The translations under genes and the position numbers were made by a program. The notes below the pieces were generated by a model, which saw only the letters and a list, made by a program, of their open reading frames with translations, searched no databases and was not told the DNA's origin. Of a stretch of DNA of 64,000 nt, positions 47,805 through 57,394 are shown piece by piece; position 1 is the first letter of the stretch, and each line of letters opens with the position of its first letter. The stretch is taken from positions 698-64,697 of the IMG/VR virus record IMGVR_UViG_3300028840_002850. One strand, written 5' to 3'. Origin of the DNA: a virus. Its lineage: Duplodnaviria > Caudoviricetes.

Positions 47805-48266
47805 ATGTGTGGCGAAGCAACAATGCCTTTAATGTATGTCGGGTCTAATCTTGCGGGTGCATATACCCAATCGAAGATGGCCAAAGATGCAGCTAAAAAG
47901 GCAGAAAAAAGTTACGATAAATATTTGGACACGATTAATCCACCCAAGAATGTGCTCGACGCCAGATATGCAGAAGCTAAAGATTATATTACCGGTTCTG
48001 CACCGACAGCCAGACGGCGGCTTGAAAACAGGCTTGCATCAAGAGGCATTCGGGGCCGCGGGGCGACATCTCCGATATCAGATCAGGAACAGGCAATTCA
48101 GGACCAGCTAAACGACGCCTATTTTAATGTTTACACGAATTACAATGTTCCTTCTCAGACACCCCCGGCAGTGCCGACTCCGAGTATGGGCCAGATGTTC
48201 GGCACGAATATAGCGCAGGGTATGAATTACATGCTTCCGCTTTGGTGGATGAATCAGACTAAATAG
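47805..48266 (+). CDS. Internal virion/ejection protein
   Basis: MCG start; LASRGIRG motif. Confidence 0.55.
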   Translation: MCGEATMPLMYVGSNLAGAYTQSKMAKDAAKKAEKSYDKYLDTINPPKNVLDARYAEAKDYITGSAPTARRRLENRLASRGIRGRGATSPISDQEQAIQDQLNDAYFNVYTNYNVPSQTPPAVPTPSMGQMFGTNIAQGMNYMLPLWWMNQTK

Positions 48267-48276
48267 GATTTGAATC

Positions 48277-49167
48277 ATGCCAGTTTATTGGAATTTTCTT
48301 AATCCGTACATGCGGCCCCTGTCAGAGAGTTTCAAGCAGGGTGCGGCGCACGGCTTGCAGTTTAAGCAGCACCGGGAAGACCTGGGAGAAAGGAGACGGC
48401 AGTTTGACGCAAGGGAGCCCTACCGCAATGCTTTAGTTCAACAGATGATGCAGCAAAACGCCCAAAGAACTGCGGCGCAGGACGCTTACAATTGGGCGAT
48501 GGGGGGTTCGGGTCAGATGTTTACAAAGCCTTACACGCGAGAAAGCGCAAACCAGATGTTGCTCAATCCGTTTATCACCGGATATTTGGGAATTACGGGA
48601 CAGCAACCTTCGAAACCTCAGTGGGATCTGATCAGAACAGGGCCGAAAACAAAGAAGTATGTCGAAAAAGGTACACCGGGGGATATCCCATATTATGAAA
48701 AGCCGGACGAGCCGGATAAAAAAACATGGGATCTCATTAGGACGGGACGAAAAACCAAAAGATATTACGAAAAGGGTACACCGGGAGACATCCCGTTTTA
48801 TGATGAGGATATCGAAGGCGAAGGGCCGGGCGGCGTCAAGGGCAAATACACCATCCAGCAGATGGTTGACGATAATCTCGCACATTATAAAGCCGAATTT
48901 TCACAACGCACAGCTAATATGACTGATCCGGTCAGCGGTATCCCTTATAAGGAATACAAAGACCAATACGCTCAAATACAGCAGGAAATTTTTAAGAGGT
49001 TTCAGGAAGATAATTACCGAATCAACCAGGGCCAGCGTCCGAGTTGGCTAACCGGTGTGGGAGATGAGGACCAGAAGCAGAAGCGGTATTTTCAATTAAT
49101 GGATCAATACGGCGGGGATCGAGGAAAAGTCGAGCAAATAATGAGAGCCGAGGGTTTTGAGGGATAA
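48277..49167 (+). CDS. Internal virion/ejection protein with internal duplication
   Basis: RRRQFD motif; two copies of WDLIRTG.KTK.Y.EKGTPGDIP.Y. Confidence 0.55.
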   Translation: MPVYWNFLNPYMRPLSESFKQGAAHGLQFKQHREDLGERRRQFDAREPYRNALVQQMMQQNAQRTAAQDAYNWAMGGSGQMFTKPYTRESANQMLLNPFITGYLGITGQQPSKPQWDLIRTGPKTKKYVEKGTPGDIPYYEKPDEPDKKTWDLIRTGRKTKRYYEKGTPGDIPFYDEDIEGEGPGGVKGKYTIQQMVDDNLAHYKAEFSQRTANMTDPVSGIPYKEYKDQYAQIQQEIFKRFQEDNYRINQGQRPSWLTGVGDEDQKQKRYFQLMDQYGGDRGKVEQIMRAEGFEG

Positions 49168-52100
49168 ATGACGACCTCTTTTCACGAATTATATCAGCTT
49201 TACCAAAAGTCAAGACAACCAAGAAGAAGTAGTTTTGACGACCTTTACGAGCAGTACAATGCTTCTAAAGGGATTACTGCGCCTTTGGGTCAACCCCAAA
49301 CACCATCAGCCATAACTCCTGAACTTCGCAACCAATTAGCCGTTCAGCAGGGATATCCTGCTTTAAGACAAGCTCCCCCGGAAGATAAATCTCTTGTTCG
49401 AAAGGGCATAGAATATCTTTTGGATTTTTTCGGCAAGGAAGCCCCACCGGTCCAGATGACACCTGAACAACGGGCAAGGGCGGTTGTGGAACTTGAAGCT
49501 GGTTTAGAGGGCATTCCGGTATCAGAATATAGAGAAGGAAGCGAGATACCAGAACAAATCTCAGCTAATTTTGTGAATGCGTTTTTAGCCGGACTTCCCG
49601 GAGCACTAGAAAAAGCACTTACAGGAGAAGGCTTGGCACCCCCACCTACTACGACAGGTGGTAAAATCGGTGCGGGTATCGGTGAATTGGGCGGTTTTAT
49701 TGCCGGTGTCCCCGGTGGTGTAACTAAAGGGGTTGCTGGAGCATTGATGCCAGCTACCGGGAAATTGGCCCTGCCCTCTTTTAAACAAGCGGGTACAATA
49801 GGTGAAAAACTGGTCAATATCGCCATGAGGTCGATAGCGACAGCTGGTGGCCTTGGCGCTGGATACGGAGTTAGAAATATCGGGGAAGCTCTTGAAGAAC
49901 CCACTTTAACCGAAGCGGCTAAATCAACCGGGCAGGCATTATCGGAAGGGGCCGGGACCGGAGCCGTTTTCGGGGTGGCAGGGCATATTCCCAACAGGAT
50001 TGCTAGGATTGCGGCTGGAATCGGGATGCTTGAGGCTGAAAGGGCAACAGACCTAAAAGCTCCCATATTTGACGACAGGCCGATTGAAGAAAAGGTTTAC
50101 GATATTGCCCAGTCAATTTTCTTCCTGTGGAACAAACACGGCACTCCGATTCTGACAAATATTGAAAGCCGGGTCAATGATTATGCCAAAAACCCCACAG
50201 CTGACACCCCTGTAAAATTAATCGAATACGCCGCTAAAGAATGGCAGACAAAGGAAGTCGTACCCCGCAGCCGCACAATAAAGATGGGTCGGGGCCAGAT
50301 TTCAACGCCAGAAGAAGCTTTTCCAACGCCCGATGAATTGAAACCCATCACACCTCAACCGACCTTGCAGCCGAGAATTGAAGGGGGAATGCAACGGCCG
50401 GCAGCATTGCCCCCGGGACAGGGATTCGTTATGCGGGAGCCTTCGATCAATCGCCAGCTTATTAGCCAAAAAGGACAAGCGATTTCGCAGACTCCCCAAC
50501 TTCCCCCGGGGCAGGGATTTCAAACCATAGGTGAGCCGTTTACGCCGCCGCCACCGGTCAAACCCGCAGTACCCGGCCCTGCTCAAAAGTCGGCAGATGT
50601 CTTTGCAAAAGAATTTGCCACCATTCAAGGGCCGAAGGGCAAAGAGTTACTTGAGCAACGCCTAGGAGCAGAGCAAGGGGTAAAACCGAGTGATTCTCAG
50701 GTGGAATCTATCTTAAACCAGATCGTTCCCGGTCACAATTTTAGGTTCGAAGGATTCGGTGAGAAGGGAGTTGCGCCTGAAGGCTATTCGTTTCATGCTG
50801 AAAACACCGAAAGTCCGATTCATGGTTCGTCCATAGCCGTGCCCGATTTGGCCCCGGATACTATCAGGAAGACCATTGAAGACCGGATTAAACTTTACGA
50901 GTCCACCAACGAAAGGGTTTACAATGAAGAATTAAATGAATATAATAAGCTACAAAAGAAGGCCAAAGATGAAGGACACACCGAGCAAGACATTAGAGCA
51001 GTTGAAAGCGAAGCGGATTCTGTTGAACCGCCTCCGCAAGAAGCTGGGGTACGCCCCGAAACCCGACCTGAAGTTAGTCAAGCCCGCCCTGCCGCCGAAA
51101 AACAACCAGTAGTTCCAAAACAAGCCATACCCCCCACCGAAAAGGCAGTGGAGGGTGTTAATTTAACAAGAGTCAAAGAATATAAAGGCCGCGAGGGTGA
51201 CAGGAAACACATAACGAGGGTTGAAGAAGGTACTGTTGATCCTAATTTAATTTCTCACCTAAAGGGTGAAATGGGTGAAGTTCGCGGCGAACACAGAAAC
51301 CGTACTGGTGAGAAGTGGGAAGAATTTAAGGAGGATATAAAAAAGAATGGAATAAAGGAAGCGATTTTCATTCTTAAAGACCCCGGCAAAGAAGCGGTTA
51401 TTTCTGAGGGTAATCATCGTCTTGATGCCGCCATTGAGCTTGGCATGAAAGAGGTGCCTGTTGAAATTCGCTATTTCGGTCATTCGGAAAGAACGGGATT
51501 GGCATATAAAAAACTCAAACCCAAAACCGCCGCTCAACTTAAAGCCGAAGGCGAAGCCCTTGACAGGGAGATAGCCGAAGCCGCCAAAGAGGTTGAAGCT
51601 CCCAAACTGGCCGCTATTGGTGGCGCAAAGGCAGTTCCCGCACCCAAGCAAGAACCCCCGAAACCCAAAGAAAAGCCAGAACACGGCTATGCGTGGATAG
51701 ACAACCAGAAGCGCCCGATCTATGATGCCAATAAGATTACCAGAGGTAAAAACAAAGGCAAATATCGGGTTACGCTGGCACTTGGCAAGGAGAAGATAGT
51801 TCCCGCTGAAGATATTGAGAAATTTCCAGAAAAGAAGGCTGAAGCGAAACCCGTCCTCGCCAAGAAACCGAAGAAGACGCTGCCTGATAAAACCAAACCC
51901 AAGGCGGTGCCGAGTAAGAAGGAAAAAGCTAAAAAACCAAAGAAAGCAAAACCGGCGTCCGACATCTTCAAATCCGAACGCGGCTCCCTTGACATCGATA
52001 TTGACGATATCAAAAAGGGTGTTAAGAATCTCAAGCTGAACCTTCCCAAGAAGGATATGTCTCTCATCGAGCAGTGGACCGCTTTGCCAACATGGGTGTC

Positions 52101-54450
52101 TGATAAATACGGCAAGGACTATAAACCCATTCAAGACGTAATCGACAACCGGTTTAGAAATAAAAACATCATCCGAAACCAGTACACCAAGGAGCTTTTG
52201 GAATCGTGGGGTCCGTTGAGCAAGGCTGAGATTAAAAAAGTCGGTGACATGCTCTGGAAGGGTGATCAGCTTGGGATGGTTCTGAAAAAATCCGGTCTTT
52301 CCAAACTCAACGAAAGAGAGCGCAAGGCTTATCTGGTAACAAGGGAGATCCTTGATTACATCTGGTTTGAAGACAGGCCCGGGTTGATGAAAGAACTCGA
52401 AGTAAGCGATTCTGACATTCAGAAGTTCCGCAACGAAGCCGGTCGTCAGATTGGGTACATGCCGCACCCGAGGGAGGGACGGTATTTTGTCCGGGCGAAA
52501 AAGGCTGATAAAGTCTTACACCGTGAGCATTTCCACGATATCATAGCGACCTTAACCAAGAGAACTCCTGTTCCGTTGGGGCCAAAGACCAAACTGAAGG
52601 TTCGCAAAATCGAAAAGATGTTTGACGATGCCATTATCGAATACGGTGAAAACACCAAAGATTTAGCTGAATCAGCTTATTTTGACGTTTCACCGGAAGT
52701 GACTCAGGAATTGTTAAATGCCGCTATTAAAAGAGCCGAAGGCACCCCCGAACAAAAAGAAAAGCTTAAAAAAGCAATGTCGAAAGCCGTTTCCGATATC
52801 TTTAAAATCAGGGGTTTTATGTCTCATGCTGTTGAAAGGCAGAAGATACCGGGATTTGATAAATCCAACTGGCAGGATGCGGTTTTAAGCTATGTGTCCT
52901 CATGGGCAGGGTATAAATCAAAGCTTATCGCCGCAAGGGAGATGTGGGACGCCTGGGGTAATATAGACTGGAAGGGCAAAGAAAGGCTCCGTGCATTTGC
53001 CGATAAGCAGGTTAGAGACACTTTTGCAAACGACACCTTGACCGACAGGGCAATTGACAAGGCCAGAGCATTGCTATTCAGGCAGTTTCTATCGGGTAAC
53101 GTCAAGTCTGCCGCACTCCAGCTTACACAGAACTATATCGCGGCTGTTCCAAGGCTCACCATAGAAACCAACTGGGCCGGTGTGAAGATTCAAAACCAGA
53201 TGATCAGGGCCGCAAAGGATATTCTGACAACTATTCCAGGGCCGGGATGGGAGAAGCGCAGGCAGCTAAAACAGTCAAAGCGTTTAAGTAAAGAGGAAGC
53301 AAGAGCCATCAACCGGGCTCGGGAGAACGGCATTATCTCAACGCAGACCACAGACGAGCTTTTAGGCCAGAAATTAGGTAAGTTCGGTTCTAAGCTTCAG
53401 AAGGTTGACGCCACGCTTGCATGGATGTTTCGCAACGCAGAGCTATACAACCGCGAAACAACCTTTTTAGCATCGTTTCGGATAGGCAAGAAGCAGGGTA
53501 AAACATACGAGCAAGCCGCTGATTTCGCAGAGAAAATCATTGACGAAACCCATTTCAGGTACGGAAAGCTAAACCTTCCCGCAATCACCAGGGGAGATTA
53601 TAAGGCACTTCGAGCCCCTTACGCTTTCAGGCATTTTGTACGCAATTTATTTCACCTTTGGGGTAAATTGGGGTCCAGAACCGGTATGCGGGGAAAATGG
53701 GGTCTTGCAAAGAGTTTTGCTGCATTGCTGTTTTTCGGCGGGGCAATGGCATGGCCGTTTATCGAAACTATTGATTGGGCCTATTCTAAGATCACAGGAA
53801 AAAGTCTATTAAGCGAGATTGCCGACATGGCTGGTAAATGGTCTAAATATGCACTGTACGGCGCACCTGGGGGCGCTTTAGACATAGATATAACCGGATC
53901 ATTGGGAACTGATATCCCGACCAGCGCAGAGGATATCCTCGGAGCCCCTACCGAATGGGTCAAGCGGTCCAAGCAAACTGCTGAAGATGTTAAAGCCGGT
54001 GATATGCCAAGAGCCGTTGAGGATTTTCCCCTGATGCCGACTTTTGCGCGAAATGTCGCTAAAGCCATCCGGTTAAAAGAAAGGGGTTTGGAAAAGCGAA
54101 GTGGCGCTCCTGTGATGGACGATGATTACGAAAAGATCAAATTAACCACCAAGGAAGCGGCGCAACAGGCGATTGGATTTAGACCGCCTAAACTTTCCGA
54201 GCATTACAGAAGGGGTCAATCTGAAAGATTAGTGGAAAAATACTGGCAGGATAAAAAATCTGAAATCGTAAAACGGTGGGTGATCGCCCGGAACAGGGGG
54301 AAATCAACCGATAAAATGCGGGACGAAATAGACGATTACAACTATTCAAAACCCGATTTCATCCCGGCCATCACCCGTGCGGATTTAAGGCGTCGGGTAG
54401 TACCGAGAAGGTCAAAGCGCAAGAGTCTAATGCGAGAGGTTATTAAGTAA
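49168..54450 (+). CDS. Large ejection/polyvalent protein with ParB-like domain
   Basis: 1760 aa; EDIKKNGIKEAI...EGNHRLDAA...EVPV; YMPHPREGRY (PLxRFG-like). Confidence 0.7.
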   Translation: MTTSFHELYQLYQKSRQPRRSSFDDLYEQYNASKGITAPLGQPQTPSAITPELRNQLAVQQGYPALRQAPPEDKSLVRKGIEYLLDFFGKEAPPVQMTPEQRARAVVELEAGLEGIPVSEYREGSEIPEQISANFVNAFLAGLPGALEKALTGEGLAPPPTTTGGKIGAGIGELGGFIAGVPGGVTKGVAGALMPATGKLALPSFKQAGTIGEKLVNIAMRSIATAGGLGAGYGVRNIGEALEEPTLTEAAKSTGQALSEGAGTGAVFGVAGHIPNRIARIAAGIGMLEAERATDLKAPIFDDRPIEEKVYDIAQSIFFLWNKHGTPILTNIESRVNDYAKNPTADTPVKLIEYAAKEWQTKEVVPRSRTIKMGRGQISTPEEAFPTPDELKPITPQPTLQPRIEGGMQRPAALPPGQGFVMREPSINRQLISQKGQAISQTPQLPPGQGFQTIGEPFTPPPPVKPAVPGPAQKSADVFAKEFATIQGPKGKELLEQRLGAEQGVKPSDSQVESILNQIVPGHNFRFEGFGEKGVAPEGYSFHAENTESPIHGSSIAVPDLAPDTIRKTIEDRIKLYESTNERVYNEELNEYNKLQKKAKDEGHTEQDIRAVESEADSVEPPPQEAGVRPETRPEVSQARPAAEKQPVVPKQAIPPTEKAVEGVNLTRVKEYKGREGDRKHITRVEEGTVDPNLISHLKGEMGEVRGEHRNRTGEKWEEFKEDIKKNGIKEAIFILKDPGKEAVISEGNHRLDAAIELGMKEVPVEIRYFGHSERTGLAYKKLKPKTAAQLKAEGEALDREIAEAAKEVEAPKLAAIGGAKAVPAPKQEPPKPKEKPEHGYAWIDNQKRPIYDANKITRGKNKGKYRVTLALGKEKIVPAEDIEKFPEKKAEAKPVLAKKPKKTLPDKTKPKAVPSKKEKAKKPKKAKPASDIFKSERGSLDIDIDDIKKGVKNLKLNLPKKDMSLIEQWTALPTWVSDKYGKDYKPIQDVIDNRFRNKNIIRNQYTKELLESWGPLSKAEIKKVGDMLWKGDQLGMVLKKSGLSKLNERERKAYLVTREILDYIWFEDRPGLMKELEVSDSDIQKFRNEAGRQIGYMPHPREGRYFVRAKKADKVLHREHFHDIIATLTKRTPVPLGPKTKLKVRKIEKMFDDAIIEYGENTKDLAESAYFDVSPEVTQELLNAAIKRAEGTPEQKEKLKKAMSKAVSDIFKIRGFMSHAVERQKIPGFDKSNWQDAVLSYVSSWAGYKSKLIAAREMWDAWGNIDWKGKERLRAFADKQVRDTFANDTLTDRAIDKARALLFRQFLSGNVKSAALQLTQNYIAAVPRLTIETNWAGVKIQNQMIRAAKDILTTIPGPGWEKRRQLKQSKRLSKEEARAINRARENGIISTQTTDELLGQKLGKFGSKLQKVDATLAWMFRNAELYNRETTFLASFRIGKKQGKTYEQAADFAEKIIDETHFRYGKLNLPAITRGDYKALRAPYAFRHFVRNLFHLWGKLGSRTGMRGKWGLAKSFAALLFFGGAMAWPFIETIDWAYSKITGKSLLSEIADMAGKWSKYALYGAPGGALDIDITGSLGTDIPTSAEDILGAPTEWVKRSKQTAEDVKAGDMPRAVEDFPLMPTFARNVAKAIRLKERGLEKRSGAPVMDDDYEKIKLTTKEAAQQAIGFRPPKLSEHYRRGQSERLVEKYWQDKKSEIVKRWVIARNRGKSTDKMRDEIDDYNYSKPDFIPAITRADLRRRVVPRRSKRKSLMREVIK

Positions 54451-55091
54451 TGCCAGACAGTCAACCAGCAGTAATAAATGTCAAAGACGAAAAGAATCAG
54501 GAATTGATTCGCCAGCTGAATTTTATCTTTAAAGACATCTATCGCTGGGTTGATTATATGCGGGGCATTCGAAACAACACCTTTGATCCGGTATCAATGG
54601 GGGGGCACGACCATCAATCAGACGATGCCGGGGGTGATTATGACTGGGCCGACTTTGAGGCAGCTGATGTTGTCTATCTTCAAGCATTAAGAGCGGCTAT
54701 TTTAGTTTCAAACCTGCTTGACAAATCTGCGGCTGAAACCGTCACTGGTGCGTGGACATTTAACGATCTAATCATAGATATCACAGATGGTGTTGTTACA
54801 TTCCAGAAAGAGGATGGAACCGGCCAGCCTGCTTATTTTCAGTTGTTTCCGGGTGCCGCATCAAATCAAGGTCCGATAATCGGGCTTTATACCTGCGACG
54901 ATCACGATAGCAATATTCCGTGGTACGGCTTACAGGTTCGTTATGACGATCTTTATCTTGGCCCGTCAACTGATCAGGACGCCTTGAAGTATGATGGAGG
55001 CAACAATCAGTGGGAATTTAGCAAGCCGGTAAAATTTTCCGACGATATCATTGGCGGCGGTGCAAAAGCATACTTTTTTGGAACTATGTAA
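54450..55091 (+). CDS. Tail fibre-associated protein
   Basis: ETVTGAWTF motif; position. Confidence 0.5.
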   Translation: MPDSQPAVINVKDEKNQELIRQLNFIFKDIYRWVDYMRGIRNNTFDPVSMGGHDHQSDDAGGDYDWADFEAADVVYLQALRAAILVSNLLDKSAAETVTGAWTFNDLIIDITDGVVTFQKEDGTGQPAYFQLFPGAASNQGPIIGLYTCDDHDSNIPWYGLQVRYDDLYLGPSTDQDALKYDGGNNQWEFSKPVKFSDDIIGGGAKAYFFGTM

Positions 55092-55415
55092 ATGGCAGAA
55101 ACATATACAAGATTAGCGGCATTAAGGCCAACAGATACAAACGAAGCTGAATTATATGCGGTTTCGGCAAGTCAATATATCGTTGCGACTTTGTTTATTT
55201 GCAACCAAGATAGCGTAGCCAGAACTTACCGGGTGGCGCTTTGTGACGATTCGGGTGCAGCAAGTGGGGAAGAATGGCTTGAATATGATACCGTAATTCC
55301 GGCAAATACAACATATTCTCTAAAATTCCCGGCAGGAGATGGAGACACAATAAGGGTTAAGGCAAGTGCGGCAGATGTTATAAGTTTCGTTTTGGCCGGA
55401 TTGAAAATAACATGA
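55092..55415 (+). CDS. Small virion beta-sandwich protein
   Basis: LYAV...ICNQD...YDTVIPANTT...GDTIRV. Confidence 0.55.
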   Translation: MAETYTRLAALRPTDTNEAELYAVSASQYIVATLFICNQDSVARTYRVALCDDSGAASGEEWLEYDTVIPANTTYSLKFPAGDGDTIRVKASAADVISFVLAGLKIT

Positions 55416-55450
55416 GATGAAATTGTTTTTCTTTTACATAGGAGTAGGAT

Positions 55451-57394
55451 ATGGCGACTAATATCACCGGCGTTACAATGCCTACTCCTGGTGGCGACCC
55501 CGCCATTAATGCCAATGGCAACTTCGCAATGGGGGGGCAGATAACCACAGCTGGTGGTGGCGGTTGGAGCGAGTCTGGTGATATGTATTTCCAGTGGGAT
55601 CAGGGCCTTGGCGACAGTGAGGGAAATTACGCTGACCTTGGTTCTACCGGCGATTTAAACATAGCGGCTCAGACCAATCCGATAACCGGGTTGCAGACGG
55701 AAACCGAGCAGCAAGTTACCGTTTACAACGACGGAACAGCCGGTACTTTTTATATTCGTGTTAAACTGATCGAAGACGACTTGACGGAGCATACCACCGC
55801 TGGACAACAGGTTACGGTAAGTGCTCAAGAACAGCAATCGGAATCGGTTAGCGAGAGCGCTAGCGAGAGTGCCAGCGAATCGGCGTCCGAATCCGCATCT
55901 GAGTCGGCTTCAGAGTCGGCGTCTGAGTCTGCCAGTGAAAGTCAATCAGAGTCAGCCTCAGAGAGTGCTTCTGAATCTGGATCATACAGCGCCTCAGAAT
56001 CAGAATCCGCGTCGGAATCCGCTTCTGAGAGCGCCAGCGAAAGCGCAAGCGAGTCTGCCTCCGAATCGGCGTCAGAAAGTGCCTCAGAAAGCGCCTCAGA
56101 GTCAGCTTCGGAAAGTGCTAGTTATTCTGCCTCAGAGTCAGAATCAGCATCCGAATCGGCGTCAGAATCAGCTTCCGAAAGTGCTTCCGAATCTGCCTCA
56201 GAATCAGCTTCGGAGAGCGCATCCGAGTCGGCCTCATATTCAGCATCAGAATCCGAAAGCCAAAGCGAATCCGCATCAGAAAGCGCGAGTGAGAGTGCCA
56301 GCGAATCGGCCTCAGAAAGCGCGTCGGAATCTGCAAGTGAGAGCGCAAGTGAATCGGCTAGCGAATCTGGTTCATATTCAGCTTCCGAGTCAGAGTCGAC
56401 CTCAGAAAGCCAATCGGAATCTGCGTCAGAGTCGGCCAGTGAAAGCGTGTCGGAAAGCGCTTCGGAGAGCGCATCTGAATCGGCATCTGAATCAGCAAGC
56501 CCGTCAGCATCCGGTGGAATATCCGAGAGTGCAAGCGAGAGCGCATCGGAATCGGCTTCAGAGAGTGCGTCAGAAAGTGGCAGCTATTCGGCATCGGAAT
56601 CAGAATCTCAATCCGAATCTGCCTCAGAGAGTGCCTCAGAGTCGGCATCGGAGTCACAATCAGAAAGCGCGTCCGAATCTGCCAGCGAGTCAGCTTCAGA
56701 GTCGGCGTCAGAAAGTGGCAGCTATTCGGCATCAGCATCCGAATCGGCCTCTGAGTCTGTCAGTGAGTCTGCCAGCGAATCGGCATCGTACAGCGCATCT
56801 GAATCAGAATCAGCTTCTGAAAGTGCGTCTGAATCGGCAAGTGAGTCAGCGTCCGAAAGCGCATCGTATTCTGCTTCTGAATCCGAATCGGCATCTGAAT
56901 CCGCTTCTGAGAGTGCGTCAGAGAGCGCGTCAGAGAGCGCCAGTTATTCGGCATCTGAGTCTGAATCAGCATCGGAGTCTGCCAGTGAGAGTGCCAGTGA
57001 ATCAGCAAGCGAATCAGAGTCGTATTCAGCATCTGAATCAGAATCGGCATCTGAAAGCGCATCAGAGTCAGCATCCGAATCGGCCAGTGAGAGTCAGTCT
57101 GAATCCGCATCAGAATCCGCATCAGAAAGTGCTTCTGAGAGTGCGTCTGAGAGCGCATCGGAGTCTGAGAGCGAATCTGCATCAGAATCAGCTTCAGAAA
57201 GCGCAAGTGAGAGCGCCAGCGAATCAGCGTCATATTCCGCATCAGAGTCGGAGTCGGCTAGCGAGTCGGTTTCGGAATCGGCTTCTGAGAGCGTGTCTGA
57301 GTCGGCATCACCAAGCGAATCATCTGCAAGCGCATCGGGCGGTGGGTCTGCTACCGGTGGCTGCGTATTTGTGAGTACTATATTAATTGGCTAA
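55451..57394 (+). CDS. Serine-rich repeat (mucin/SRR-like) protein
   Basis: About 125-aa globular N-terminus then about 500 aa of (SESA)n punctuated by SYSASE; no signal peptide. Confidence 0.85.
   Translation: MATNITGVTMPTPGGDPAINANGNFAMGGQITTAGGGGWSESGDMYFQWDQGLGDSEGNYADLGSTGDLNIAAQTNPITGLQTETEQQVTVYNDGTAGTFYIRVKLIEDDLTEHTTAGQQVTVSAQEQQSESVSESASESASESASESASESASESASESASESQSESASESASESGSYSASESESASESASESASESASESASESASESASESASESASESASYSASESESASESASESASESASESASESASESASESASYSASESESQSESASESASESASESASESASESASESASESASESGSYSASESESTSESQSESASESASESVSESASESASESASESASPSASGGISESASESASESASESASESGSYSASESESQSESASESASESASESQSESASESASESASESASESGSYSASASESASESVSESASESASYSASESESASESASESASESASESASYSASESESASESASESASESASESASYSASESESASESASESASESASESESYSASESESASESASESASESASESQSESASESASESASESASESASESESESASESASESASESASESASYSASESESASESVSESASESVSESASPSESSASASGGGSATGGCVFVSTILIG
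55836..57335 (+). repeat. Degenerate 12-bp coding repeat (Ser-Glu-Ser-Ala)
   Basis: Over 100 units with mixed TCN/AGY codons. Confidence 0.9.

Noticed and set aside
51259-52467. 402-aa antisense ORF and other long antisense ORFs in structural genes
   Set aside because: Shadows of the coding strand with no motifs or RBS.
55821-57374. 517-aa alternative-frame ORF (and antisense ORFs) over the SESA repeat
   Set aside because: Shifted Ser-Glu-Ser-Ala codons rarely generate stops, so the open frame is a by-product.
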